From: an uncultured Thermoplasmata archaeon
Lineage (GTDB): Archaea; Thermoplasmatota; Thermoplasmata; Lutacidiplasmatales; UBA184
Assembly (NCBI GenBank): GCA_963838955.1
Contig: CAWISZ010000003.1
Coordinates: 341,121 to 405,120, forward strand
DNA: 64,000 nucleotides
Direction of reading: 5' to 3'
The number at the start of each line of letters is the position of its first letter. Position 1 is the stretch's first letter. Below the pieces are notes generated by a model, which saw nothing but the letters and a program-made list of their open reading frames with translations, was not told the DNA's origin and searched no databases. The position numbers and the translations under genes were made by a program. Positions 29,521 to 39,424 of this stretch are shown piece after piece.

Positions 29521-30160
29521 GGGTCGCCTCCCAGTGCCGTACAGCGTCCAAGAACGCGGCCATGCGCTTCGGATCCTTGATCCCCGGGGCCGATTCGATC
29601 CCGCTCGAGACGTCCACGCCCCACGGGGCGACGCTCGTCAGCGCGCTCTCCACGTTCGCCGGGTCGAGGCCTCCGCCCAGGACGATCTTTCGGCCAGGAG
29701 CGCTCGTGATGATCCGGGCGCAGATCTCCCAATCCGGGAGTACGCCACCTCCTCCCGGTAGGGCCCCGCCGGCCGCGTCCAGGTGCACGAGGGACGCGAG
29801 ATCCGTTCCGGGAAGCTCGGGGACGGGATCGCCGCTTCCCGGCCGGGGAATGGCGAGCGACGGGACGATGTGGCGCCGGACGACCGTGTCGAGCCCTTCG
29901 GGGATCCTCCCGTGCACTTGTACTCGATCCGTTCCCATCTCTTCGAAGATCCGGTGAATGAGCTCCACCGGCGGATCGACCGTCACCGCCCAGATCTCGC
30001 GGTCGCTCGGCACGACCTCGGCGAGTCGGGCCGCCCGCTCCAGCGGGACGGTGCGCGGGGAGCCCGGAACGTCGATCACGAACCCCGCGGCTCCGCCCGC
30101 GGGCACGAGCTCGATCGTCGCGGCATCGCTCAAACCGCAGAACTTCACGAACGTCCTCAC
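29513..30160 (-). CDS. trpF: Phosphoribosylanthranilate isomerase
   Basis: 215 aa starting [10 protein letters not shown], with the TrpF (beta/alpha)8 pattern. Confidence 0.8.
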   Translation of the reverse strand: MRTFVKFCGLSDAATIELVPAGGAAGFVIDVPGSPRTVPLERAARLAEVVPSDREIWAVTVDPPVELIHRIFEEMGTDRVQVHGRIPEGLDTVVRRHIVPSLAIPRPGSGDPVPELPGTDLASLVHLDAAGGALPGGGGVLPDWEICARIITSAPGRKIVLGGGLDPANVESALTSVAPWGVDVSSGIESAPGIKDPKRMAAFLDAVRHWEATHA

Positions 30161-30962
30161 GATCCACCTCGCGGCATGCTCCCGATCCGGCAGAGGCCCG
30201 CCACGAACTCGGCCGGGTCGCGTGCGCGAGCGAGTGCCGAACCGACGAGAACGCCATCCGCGCCCCAGGTGCGGAAGCGCGCCGCGTCCTCGGGCCCTTC
30301 GATGCCGCTCATCCCGATCATCGGACGAAGTCCTCGCGCATGGGCGAACGTCTGCGCCGCGATCTCGGGGCGGAACCTCAGGGAGTCCAGGTCCCGCAGG
30401 TTGATGCCGTACAGGTCCGCGGAGACGTCGTCGGCGACCGCGAGCTCGTCGGGGCCGTGGAACTCGAGCAGGACCTCGAGCCCGCTCTCGTGGGCCCGCT
30501 CGGCGAGCTCGGCGAGCGGGTGCGACAGCCGGCGGTCCGTCCCGAGCCGGGCGAGAAGGAGGACCGCCGCGGCTCCCGCCCTCCGGGCGGCATCGATCTG
30601 GATCGGGTCGATCACGAAGTCCTTGAACAGTACCGGGAGACGGCTGCGTGCGGCGAGGGCCGCGACATCCTCCGGCGCGCCCGCGAACTCCGGGGTCGTC
30701 GCGAGGCAGGACAGGCCCGCGGCGCCTCCCGCCTCGGCGACGCGAACGAATGAATCGATCTCGGACCGCGGGAGCGTCGGTTCGTGGGAGCCCGGGGACC
30801 GACGCTTGTGCTCGAGCAGCACCCCCCAGCCGTGGGCCGCGGATCCGATCGATGCGCGCAAGCTCGGAGGAGGTCGTCGCGCGGAAGGCGATAGACCGAT
30901 CGCGTACCCGGGAGAGGTGATCGTTCGGCGGATCTCGGGAAGCAGCTCGTCTAGGAATGCCA
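30157..30962 (-). CDS. trpC: Indole-3-glycerol-phosphate synthase
   Basis: 268 aa from the ATG at 30962 (MAFLDELLPEIRR…PVLFKDFVIDPIQI…LLEFHGPDE…). Confidence 0.8.
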
Positions 30963-30965
30963 TCG

Positions 30966-32012
30966 CTACTCCTCCTGCGCCCAAACGCGCGAGGCGCCGA
31001 GTTCGCGGAGCCGACCGAGCAGCGCTTCCGCCTCGCCGGAATCGAGCGCGTCGGCGGCGTGCGCGACGCCGGCTCGCAGCGACGGTACCGCGCCCCGCAC
31101 CCACAGTGCGAGCGCGCTCGTCAGGAGGATGCTCCCCCGGCGGGCGCCGCCTCCACCCGCCAGGATCCGTTCGGTCTCGGCCGCCGACTCTCGAGCGGCC
31201 AGCGGACCGTTCGACCCGCGCCGATCGTCCGACTCGAGGTAGCGGTGCGGGTCCACCCGGAAACGATGCCGACGGGGGCCGTTCCATAGGAACAGCTCGG
31301 ACGGCTTCGTGGGGGAGAACTCGTCCGTCGAGTCCGAGGCGGCGATCGTAGCACCGGCACGAACCCCGAGCCGCGGAAGGATCGACGCCACGCTCTGGGC
31401 CGTTGCACGATCGGGGGTGCCGACGACCTGATAGGAGACGCGGGCCGGGTTGGTGAGCGGACCGAGCTGGTTGAACAAGGTGCGGATCCCGAGCGCGCGG
31501 CGGACGGGCCCCACCGCGCCGATCGCCGGATGGAAGAGCGGTGCGTGCAGAAACGTGATGCCCTCGCGTCGATAGCTCTCCCGTGCGAAGGCCCGCGACG
31601 CAAGGTAGGGAAGGCCGAGGGCCTCGATCAGATCGCTCGACCCTGCGTAGCCGAGGCGGGCCCCCCGAAGGCTCCGGTTTCCGTGCTTCGCCACCGGGAC
31701 GCCCGCCGCGCGCACCACGAACGACGAGACGGTGCCCACGTTGAACGCAGGACGTCGCGCACCGCCGGATCCGCACAGATCGATCGCCCGGTTCGCGCGG
31801 GGCCCGGGGAACGGGATCGAACGGCGTTGGAGCTCGCGCGCGAAGGTCGCGATCTCGGCCGGGGTTTCGCCGCGCGTGGCGAGCGCGGCGAGGAGTCCCG
31901 CGCGTTCTACGTCGGGCGTCGAGCTCCGAACCAAAAGATCGACCGCGGAGCGGACCTCGGTCGGACGCAGCGGTCGGCCGTCGGCCGCCCGCTCGAGCAG
32001 CGACCCGATCAT
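30966..32012 (-). CDS. trpD: Anthranilate phosphoribosyltransferase
   Basis: 348 aa, …IDLCGSGGARRPAFNVGTVSSFVVRAAGVPVAKHGNRS…. Confidence 0.85.
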   Translation of the reverse strand: MIGSLLERAADGRPLRPTEVRSAVDLLVRSSTPDVERAGLLAALATRGETPAEIATFARELQRRSIPFPGPRANRAIDLCGSGGARRPAFNVGTVSSFVVRAAGVPVAKHGNRSLRGARLGYAGSSDLIEALGLPYLASRAFARESYRREGITFLHAPLFHPAIGAVGPVRRALGIRTLFNQLGPLTNPARVSYQVVGTPDRATAQSVASILPRLGVRAGATIAASDSTDEFSPTKPSELFLWNGPRRHRFRVDPHRYLESDDRRGSNGPLAARESAAETERILAGGGGARRGSILLTSALALWVRGAVPSLRAGVAHAADALDSGEAEALLGRLRELGASRVWAQEE

Positions 32013-32590
32013 CGATGAACCTCCTTGAGGAAGTTCCGGAGGATCGTCGGCCCACGGACGGTGAGGTAGGACTCCGGATGGAACTGGACCCCCACCACGG
32101 GCCGCTGACGGTGCCGCACCGCCATGACGGTCCCATCGGCCGTGGAGGCGGTCACTTCCAGGGCCGGGGGTACGCGGTGAGCATCGAGCACGAGCGAGTG
32201 GTACCGCGCCGCGTCGAACGGAGAGGGCACTCCCCGAAAGAGCGGGTCGGCTCCGTGCCGGACGGCGGCCGTCGCGCCGTGCACCGGCGAGCGGGCATGG
32301 ATGACCCGGCCTCCGAAGTGCTCGCCGATGAGCTGGTGGCCGAGACAGACGCCGAGCACGGGACGCTCACGGCTGAATTCGGTCAACACCCGGCGCGCGA
32401 GCCCTGTGACGCGCCGGTCCCGAGGATGGCCCGGACCGGGAGAGAACACGAAGCCGTCGGGGGCGTACTCGGTGACCTCCGACCACGGAGCCGTGTACCG
32501 GATCGTGCGTACGTCGGCTCCCGCGGTGCGGAGCGCTTGATCCACGTTGTACACGAAGGAGTCCTCGTGGTCGATCACCAGGACCTTCAT
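32009..32590 (-). CDS. trpG: Anthranilate synthase component II (glutamine amidotransferase)
   Basis: 193 aa from the ATG at 32590: MKVLVIDHEDSFVYN…GVCLGHQLIGE…VQFHPES… (Cys-His-Glu triad). Confidence 0.85.
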   Translation of the reverse strand: MKVLVIDHEDSFVYNVDQALRTAGADVRTIRYTAPWSEVTEYAPDGFVFSPGPGHPRDRRVTGLARRVLTEFSRERPVLGVCLGHQLIGEHFGGRVIHARSPVHGATAAVRHGADPLFRGVPSPFDAARYHSLVLDAHRVPPALEVTASTADGTVMAVRHRQRPVVGVQFHPESYLTVRGPTILRNFLKEVHR

Positions 32591-33789
32591 CGCGCGTCTC
32601 CGACCAGCGTCGACTCCACCTGCGCCAGTTTGGCGAGCACCTCGCGGTACTCGCGCCGAGGCTGGGACTGCCAGACGATCCCGGCACCCGCCGCCGTGTG
32701 CAGGGTTCCGGCGGCCGCGAACGCGGTTCGTATGGAGAGCGCCCAGGCCGCGTCGCCGTTCCCACGAAGGAGGCCGACCGCTCCTCCATAGGGGCCCCTC
32801 CACGTTCGCTCCTGCTGGCGGAGGACCTGGGTCGCGCGGATCTTCGGCGCGCCGCTCACGGTTCCCGCGGGGAACGTCGCGGCGAGCGCCTCCCAGGGTC
32901 CGACCTCGGGGCGCAGGCGGCCGCCGACCCGGCTGATGAGATGCTCGAGTCGGGCGAACCGCTCGCGGCGCTCCCTCGATAGGATGCGCACCGTCCCGGC
33001 TTCGGAGATGCGCCCGAGATCGTTGCGGGCGAGGTCGACGAGCATCCGGTGCTCCGCGAGCTCCTTCGGGTCCTTTTCGAGCGCGCGACGGCCCCGGCGA
33101 GCCCGTCCGCGCGGCAGGGTCCCGGCGATCGGGCTGATGTACGCGCGCCCTCCCCGGACTTCGAGGGCGGACTCCGGACTCGCGCCGACGATCTCTCGAT
33201 CGTCGAAACGCAGATAGTAGAAGTAGGCGAATCGTTCGACCGCGCGCAGCCGGCCGGCGCGTTCGAGCAGGTTCGCCGGCCGTGGCCAGCTGCGGCGGGT
33301 CGCGACTACGACCTGGAACGCCTCGCCGTCCCCGACCGCCGCGCGTGCGCGCCGGACCGCCCGTTCGAACCGCCGCTGGGGGAGCGTCTCGTGCAGTGGC
33401 CGACCGGGATGGCGGCTCTCTCGGGAGGCCACGGGGTGCATCGACCGTCGAGGTACGCGCTCCAGATGCAATCGGTCGATGACCGCGAATTCTCCGATCG
33501 GGAACGGCGTCCCCGGAGGGACCTTCCTCAACAGCGGCTCGAATGCCGAGACCGCGTCGAATCCGATGTAACCGATCAACGCCCGGTCCTTGCGGCCGCG
33601 CAGCGTGCGCGCGGTCCGGTCCTCGAGCGAAGCGGTCGTGTCGCGCGGCCCGATCGGGAAGCGTGCTCGCGGTTCCACGAACGACGTCGCCCATCGCCCG
33701 GGAATCCCGGGCGCATCGCCGCGCTCGATGTACCCCGCACAGGCGCCGTCCCGCGAGCGGCGGACGAACTCCTCCCATGGATCGTTCAT
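32587..33789 (-). CDS. trpE: Anthranilate synthase component I
   Basis: 400 aa from the ATG at 33789, …GTLPRGRA…LVDLARNDLGRIS…FPAGTVSGAPKIRATQ… chorismate-binding domain. The other frames of the 1073-aa ORF are rejected. Confidence 0.85.
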   Translation of the reverse strand: MNDPWEEFVRRSRDGACAGYIERGDAPGIPGRWATSFVEPRARFPIGPRDTTASLEDRTARTLRGRKDRALIGYIGFDAVSAFEPLLRKVPPGTPFPIGEFAVIDRLHLERVPRRSMHPVASRESRHPGRPLHETLPQRRFERAVRRARAAVGDGEAFQVVVATRRSWPRPANLLERAGRLRAVERFAYFYYLRFDDREIVGASPESALEVRGGRAYISPIAGTLPRGRARRGRRALEKDPKELAEHRMLVDLARNDLGRISEAGTVRILSRERRERFARLEHLISRVGGRLRPEVGPWEALAATFPAGTVSGAPKIRATQVLRQQERTWRGPYGGAVGLLRGNGDAAWALSIRTAFAAAGTLHTAAGAGIVWQSQPRREYREVLAKLAQVESTLVGDAR

Positions 33790-35108
33790 CGACCGGCCTC
33801 CTCCACCAGCGCGCGGTGAAGCACGCGGAGCGCTGCGCGAGCCTTGGGGATCGGGACGGCGAAGGAGAGCGATCGGGGGGTGGCGCTCAACCCTTCCCCG
33901 TCGGCGAGGATCGCCGGCGGGATGCGGCCGAGATCGTCGAGTACTCCATCCCCGATCGCCGTGAGCAGGCCGACGGGGAACGGACCTTCGATACTGGCGC
34001 CCCCTCCCCGGGTGAGGACGGCGAGCGCGCGGGCCGCGGCACGAGCCTTGGCCCGCTCGACGACGATGCTCAGCAGCGAGGAAGATGTGAAAAGAGTCAC
34101 GATGTTCACGCGCGCATCCGCGAGCCGCTGCGATGCCTCCGCGACGACCCCCGGTCGCTGGCGGCCTCCCGGCACGCGAATCCGGACCAGGCCGAGGGGT
34201 TCGAGGAGCGTGAGCGCCCGCATCCCGTTCGGGCCCCGGGGAGGCCCGATGATCGTCACCTCCCGCGGGTCGTCGAGGGAGCGAACCGCGATCTCCAGGT
34301 TCGCGGTTCGCGCCGGCTGGACCGTCAATGGGTGGAGGACCTTCGCCCCGAACTGGGCAAGCTCCTCGGCCTCTTCGTAGGAGAGGCGTCGGATCGGGCG
34401 CGCGCGGGGCACGAGCCGCGGGTCGGCCGTCAGCACGGAGACGCCGCGTTTGATGAGCTCGACCCGGCGGGCGCCGAGGATCGCCCCGATCGCGGTCGCC
34501 GAGTAATCGGAACCGCCGCGGCCGAGCGTGACGACCCGTCCACTCCGGCTCCGCCCGAAGAATCCCGTGACCACCGGGATCCGTCCCGCCCGCAGGTGGG
34601 CTCCCAGCCCGGCACGAACGGCCGCGGCCGAGCGATCGATGCGGATGGTCCCCGATCCGTGCCGACCGTCCGTGATGAGGCCGAGCCGATCGGCCTCGAC
34701 GCCAGCGGCCGGAAGATCCGCGCTCCTGAGCTCGGTCACGAGCCAATCCACTGCGACGCGCTCCCCGAAGCTCAGGATGAGGTCGGCAGTGGAAGGGTCG
34801 CACCGACCACGGCGCTCCACGCGACCGACGAGACGGTGCAGGTCGGCGAGATGCGCGCGACCGATCGCGGAAAGGTCCGGATGTTGCTCTTCGATGCGGA
34901 CGAGGGCTTCCCGATGCGCCCGGGTCGAGCGCGGTCGATCGATCAATCCGCGAAGCTCGTCGGTCACGCCCTCCCGGGCCGAGACGATCAGGACCACGGG
35001 GGAACGGGAGTCGCGAAGCGCCCGGATCCGAGTCACGATCACATCCGGCCGGGCGAGCGACGCTCCTCCGAACTTGACGATGAGCGGACGGCGGGGGCGA
35101 ACGGTCAC
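33786..35108 (-). CDS. Aspartate kinase (monofunctional, with ACT domains)
   Basis: 440 aa starting MTVRPRRPLIVKFGGASLARPD…, amino-acid-kinase fold followed by ACT domains. 4-nt overlap with trpE. Confidence 0.8.
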   Translation of the reverse strand: MTVRPRRPLIVKFGGASLARPDVIVTRIRALRDSRSPVVLIVSAREGVTDELRGLIDRPRSTRAHREALVRIEEQHPDLSAIGRAHLADLHRLVGRVERRGRCDPSTADLILSFGERVAVDWLVTELRSADLPAAGVEADRLGLITDGRHGSGTIRIDRSAAAVRAGLGAHLRAGRIPVVTGFFGRSRSGRVVTLGRGGSDYSATAIGAILGARRVELIKRGVSVLTADPRLVPRARPIRRLSYEEAEELAQFGAKVLHPLTVQPARTANLEIAVRSLDDPREVTIIGPPRGPNGMRALTLLEPLGLVRIRVPGGRQRPGVVAEASQRLADARVNIVTLFTSSSLLSIVVERAKARAAARALAVLTRGGGASIEGPFPVGLLTAIGDGVLDDLGRIPPAILADGEGLSATPRSLSFAVPIPKARAALRVLHRALVEEAGR

Positions 35109-36190
35109 GGTGACCTTCTCCAGGGGTCCAGGAGCCCGTAGGAATGCGCGAGTTCCGCATTCGATACCGAGCCGCCCGCGCCTCCCCGGACCGCATTGTG
35201 GACGAGGAGGTAGAATCGGAGGTACGGCGCTTCCCAGCGCACCCGGCCGATGGAGACCGCCATCCCACGGGCGCGATGCGGGCTCCCGGCCCAGCGGTCG
35301 CGAATGGGCTGTGGTCGGTCGGGCTCACTTCGCAGCACGATTGGCGGGTGGGGGAGCGTGGGCAGACCCGCTCCCGCGAGCGGGTCGAAGCGACGCCAAG
35401 CATCGAGGATCTCGGCTCGGCTCGGGCGCCGTCGAGCGGTGACGGTGATCGCCTCGAGGTGACCGTCCCGAACCGCGACGCGGGCACAGTGGGCGAGCAC
35501 CGGTTCCGTCCGAGGGCGGATCCGACCGTCGCGGGCTGTCCCCAGCATGCGGCGAGTCTCCCCAGCGACCTTCTCCTCCTCGTCGCGGATGAACGGGACG
35601 ACGTTGTCGGCGATCGAGAGCGATGCGACGCCTGGGAATCCCGCCCCCGACAGGGCTTGGTAGCTCGCGACGTGGACCTCGCGGGGAGCCATGAGCCTCC
35701 AGATCGGAGCCAATCCCAGCACGAGGCCGGCGGCCGTGCAGTTCGGGTTCGTGACCAGGATCCCACCCGGACGGCGGTGCGCGGTGAGCGCGCGCAGGTG
35801 GGCCGCATTCACCTCGGGGACGAGCAGGGGGACGTCGGGATCCATGCGGTGGTCGGAGGAGTTGCTGAAGACGTGGATGCCCCTCCGGCGGCATTCGGAC
35901 TCCAGGACGCCGGCCGTGCCGGAAGGAAGGGCGCCGAACACCACGCGCACACCGCGCGCGCGGAGCTCACGAGGGGTGAGAGGGGCAATCCGTTGCCGGG
36001 CGAGCGCACCCGGGACCTCTTCGGGAAGCTGCCAGAGCTCCTCGAGGCGCCGGCCCGCGGAGCGATCCGATCCCACGAGGAGGGGGGGAGCGAAGAACGG
36101 GTGATCGTCGAGCAGGCGGGCGAAATGTTGGCCGATGTACCCGCTCGCGCCGAGGATCGCGGTCGGGATTGGCGCGGGGTCCCCGCTCAC
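35105..36190 (-). CDS. asd: Aspartate-semialdehyde dehydrogenase
   Basis: 361 aa from the GTG at 36190 (GTGA overlap with the aroC stop): …ILGASGYIGQHFARLL…TNPNCTAAGLVLGLAP… (catalytic Cys). Confidence 0.8.
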   Translation of the reverse strand: MSGDPAPIPTAILGASGYIGQHFARLLDDHPFFAPPLLVGSDRSAGRRLEELWQLPEEVPGALARQRIAPLTPRELRARGVRVVFGALPSGTAGVLESECRRRGIHVFSNSSDHRMDPDVPLLVPEVNAAHLRALTAHRRPGGILVTNPNCTAAGLVLGLAPIWRLMAPREVHVASYQALSGAGFPGVASLSIADNVVPFIRDEEEKVAGETRRMLGTARDGRIRPRTEPVLAHCARVAVRDGHLEAITVTARRRPSRAEILDAWRRFDPLAGAGLPTLPHPPIVLRSEPDRPQPIRDRWAGSPHRARGMAVSIGRVRWEAPYLRFYLLVHNAVRGGAGGSVSNAELAHSYGLLDPWRRSP

Positions 36191-37271
36191 GATAGGAACC
36201 CTCCGCGATAGGCGAGATCGGCAAGCACCATCGCGCCGACGTCCTCGACCACGACGACCGCACGCGGAACGATGCACGGATCGTGGCGGCCCGTGACGAC
36301 GAGCTCGGCGGGCTCGTGCGTGGTGAGGTTGACGGTGTGCTGCGGGCGGGCGATCGAGGAGGTCGGCTTGACGGCCGCCCGGTAGACGATCGGCATCCCG
36401 TCGGCGAGACCCCCGAGGATCCCGCCGGCATGGTTCGAGGTCGTTCGGATTCGGCCCTCCTCGTAGCGGAACGCGTCGTTGTGCTCGCTGCCTCGCATGC
36501 GCGCCGCCCGGAACCCTGCGCCAAACTCGATCGCTTTCACGGCGGGGATGGCGAAGACCGCGTGCGCGATCTCGCCCTCGATCGAATCGAAGAACGGCTC
36601 GCCGAGGCCGACCGGCACTCCCGCGATTCGGACCTCGACGACACCCCCGACGCTGTCCCCGGCGCGACGGGCCGTGGCGATCTCCTCTTCCATCCGAAGG
36701 GCCGCGGCAGGATCGGGGCAGGAGACCTCGTTGGCGCTCGCACGCCCGCGGATCTCCTCGAGCGACAGCGACTCGTCGATCGAAGCGTCGGTCGTGCCGA
36801 TGCTCCGGGTGAACCCGACCAGATCCACGCCGATCGGGGCCAGGAGCTGGCGGGCCAGCGCTCCGGCGATCACGAGCCCGACCGTCATGCGGCCGGAGAA
36901 GATCCCTCCGCCGGAAAGATCCGCCTCGGGTCCGTACCGGACCCGCGCCGGGTAGTCCGCGTGGCCCGGACGCGGCAGCTCTCGCATCCGGTCGTAGGGC
37001 GCGCGCTGGACATCCTCGTTCGCGACGTGCGCTCGGAACGACCCTCCGTCCGTCCGGCCATCGACCACTCCTCGCTCGATGATCATCCGGTCCTCCTCCT
37101 GGCGCTTCGTGGCGAGGCGCCGGCCGACCGGCTTTCGGCGGTCGAGCTCGCGCTGGATCGCGGCCACGTCGATGGGGTGTCCGGGCGGGACCCCGTGGAT
37201 CTCGACACCGACCTCGGGGCCGTGGCTGGTCCCGAACAGGGTGACCCGGTACCGCTGGCCGAACTCCATCA
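36187..37271 (-). CDS. aroC: Chorismate synthase
   Basis: 361 aa from the ATG at 37271: MMEFGQRYRVTLFGTSHGPEVGVEIHGVPPG…. Confidence 0.85.
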
Positions 37272-38546
37272 TGATGCGACTCCTCGCCCGTGCACCACGC
37301 CGGCGAGCGCGTCCCAGAATCCGGGGAACGACTTTCGGACCGCGCGCGCATCCCCCAGGTGAGATGGCGAACCGGCGGTGAGGGCACCGACGGCCGCGCT
37401 CATGACGAGGCGATGATCGTCGAGCCCACGGAGCGAGAGCGACCGCGGAATCGCGGTGCCCAGGATGCCCAGCTCTCCTCGCGCGGTGCCGACCCAGGCA
37501 CCCATCGCGCGCACGATGCGCGCGGTTTCGGCGAACCGATCCGACTCCTTCAGACGTACGTGCGCCGCCCCTCGAAGATGGCTTCGGCGACCGGGGACTC
37601 CTGCGGCGAGCACCCCGACGAGCGGATAGAGGTCCGGGGAGTTCGTGAGGTCGACCGAGATCCCTCGGAGCAGCGGACCGCTCACTTCGATTTCGGATCG
37701 AGTGCGGCGGACGGACGCCCCCATCCGGCTCAGGATGTCGAGTAGGGCGAGATCGGCCTGCGGCCAGCGCCGGTCGATCCCGGTCACGGTCACACCTCCA
37801 CCGGTGAGAGCCGCCGCCGCCCAAAAATAGGCGGCCGACGAAGCGTCCCCCGGCACGGTGAACGAAGTGGCCCGAAACGGCTGCGGCCCGTCGATCCGAT
37901 AGCCCCGGGGTCGGGAAACGATCCGGACCCCGTAGGCCCTCAGGACCGCAGCGGTCGCGTCGATGTACGTTCGCGAGACCGAGGGTCCTCGGAGCCGGAT
38001 CTCCGATCGTCCCTCGACGCGCGGTAGGGCCAGCAATAGGGCGGAGAGATACTGGGAGGTCTCGTCGACCCGCACGTCGATCCGGCCAGCGGAGATCGGT
38101 CCGTGGATCGTGCATGGAAGGGCCCGGCCCTCGCGTTCGGGGGAGATCCGCGCTCCGAGCGCGCGCAGCGCGTCGTACAGGTCCGACATCGGTCGGGAGG
38201 GGAGTCGTCCCTGACCCGTGAGCCGGATCGGTCGATCGGAGAGGGCCGCGAGCGCCGTCAGGAATCTCAGCGTCGTGCCCGACTCCCCGCACTGGATCGT
38301 TCGGAGGCGTCCGCGCGCGACGCGGGCGGGGCGGATCTGCCACCGGTTCGTGGCGAACCGCACGCGAGAGCCCAGAGCAGCGAGCCCGCAGGCGGTGGCG
38401 CGCGTGTCGTTCGAATCGAGCGGCCGAAGGATGAAGGACGGGCGACCGCAGAGGTGGGCCGCGACGAGCGCGCGGTGGGTGTAGCTCTTCGAGGAGGGCG
38501 GGGACAGCCGCCCTCGCACGATGCCGGGATTCACCGTGCGGATCAT
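37269..38546 (-). CDS. aroA: 3-phosphoshikimate 1-carboxyvinyltransferase (EPSP synthase)
   Basis: 425 aa from the ATG at 38546: MIRTVNPGIVRGRLSPPSSKSYTHRALVAA…. Confidence 0.85.
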   Translation of the reverse strand: MIRTVNPGIVRGRLSPPSSKSYTHRALVAAHLCGRPSFILRPLDSNDTRATACGLAALGSRVRFATNRWQIRPARVARGRLRTIQCGESGTTLRFLTALAALSDRPIRLTGQGRLPSRPMSDLYDALRALGARISPEREGRALPCTIHGPISAGRIDVRVDETSQYLSALLLALPRVEGRSEIRLRGPSVSRTYIDATAAVLRAYGVRIVSRPRGYRIDGPQPFRATSFTVPGDASSAAYFWAAAALTGGGVTVTGIDRRWPQADLALLDILSRMGASVRRTRSEIEVSGPLLRGISVDLTNSPDLYPLVGVLAAGVPGRRSHLRGAAHVRLKESDRFAETARIVRAMGAWVGTARGELGILGTAIPRSLSLRGLDDHRLVMSAAVGALTAGSPSHLGDARAVRKSFPGFWDALAGVVHGRGVAS

Positions 38547-39424
38547 GAGGCCTCCGGGGTCGCCCCGGTACGAGCGCGGGGCCGGAAGTCGACCGCACGT
38601 ATCTCTCCGCCACCGGAAGCGAGGGCAGCTCGAACGCGATCCGCGCATTCCGGCGGTACCAACACCGCGACGGCCGGCCCCAGTCCGCTCACTCCGCTCG
38701 CGATCGCGCCTCGCTCGGCGACACGTCGCCGAAGATCGCCGTACTCGTAGCCCAGCACGGATTCGACGAGCTCGGTGTTGAGTTCCATCGCTCCCAGGAG
38801 GTCTCCGCCGAGTGCCGCGTCGACCGCCGGCCGGGCCTCGGCGGCTCTCGCCCGGAATCGCTCGTGCCACCCGGTGGACGGGCGATGGGTGGAGGAAGGG
38901 ATCCACAGGAGAACGGTGAGACCGGACGGAGCTTCCCCCGACCAGAGCACCGCGCGAGCCGCGTTGTCCGTAATGACCGCGCCCCCCGCGAGCGACGCGT
39001 ATGCATCATCGAACGCCCCCGTCGCGCTGAGGCCGATCTTCTGAGAGAGGTCGGCCGACATCCGCGCGAGGGTCGCGGGCTCCGCGGGTACGCCGGCGGC
39101 TCGAGCCACACCCGCGAGGACCGCACCGCTCACCGCGGAGGAGCTCTTCAATCCGCACGCCGACGGGATCGAGGACCGGACCCGGACACGGGCCGACGGC
39201 GAGCGGCCGTGCGCGAATCGCTCCACCCCGGCCGCGACGGCGGCGCGCACGAGCGGGGTGTCGCTGGGTGGCAGGATCGTGATCGCGCTGGATCCGTGGC
39301 GCCCTTCGAGATCGAGCTCGACCTCGGCCTCGACCGCCAACGTGACGGCCGCGGCGGCGCCGATCCCGGTCGGCAGGGCGTTCACGAACGTGATCGCTCC
39401 CGAGGCCGTGCCTATGCCGCGCAC
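38543..39424 (-). CDS. Shikimate kinase, archaeal GHMP-kinase type
   Basis: 293 aa from the GTG at 39424. GHMP motif …IPSACGLKSSSAVSGAVLAG… It sits between aroE and aroA. Confidence 0.7.
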   Translation of the reverse strand: MRGIGTASGAITFVNALPTGIGAAAAVTLAVEAEVELDLEGRHGSSAITILPPSDTPLVRAAVAAGVERFAHGRSPSARVRVRSSIPSACGLKSSSAVSGAVLAGVARAAGVPAEPATLARMSADLSQKIGLSATGAFDDAYASLAGGAVITDNAARAVLWSGEAPSGLTVLLWIPSSTHRPSTGWHERFRARAAEARPAVDAALGGDLLGAMELNTELVESVLGYEYGDLRRRVAERGAIASGVSGLGPAVAVLVPPECADRVRAALASGGGEIRAVDFRPRARTGATPEAS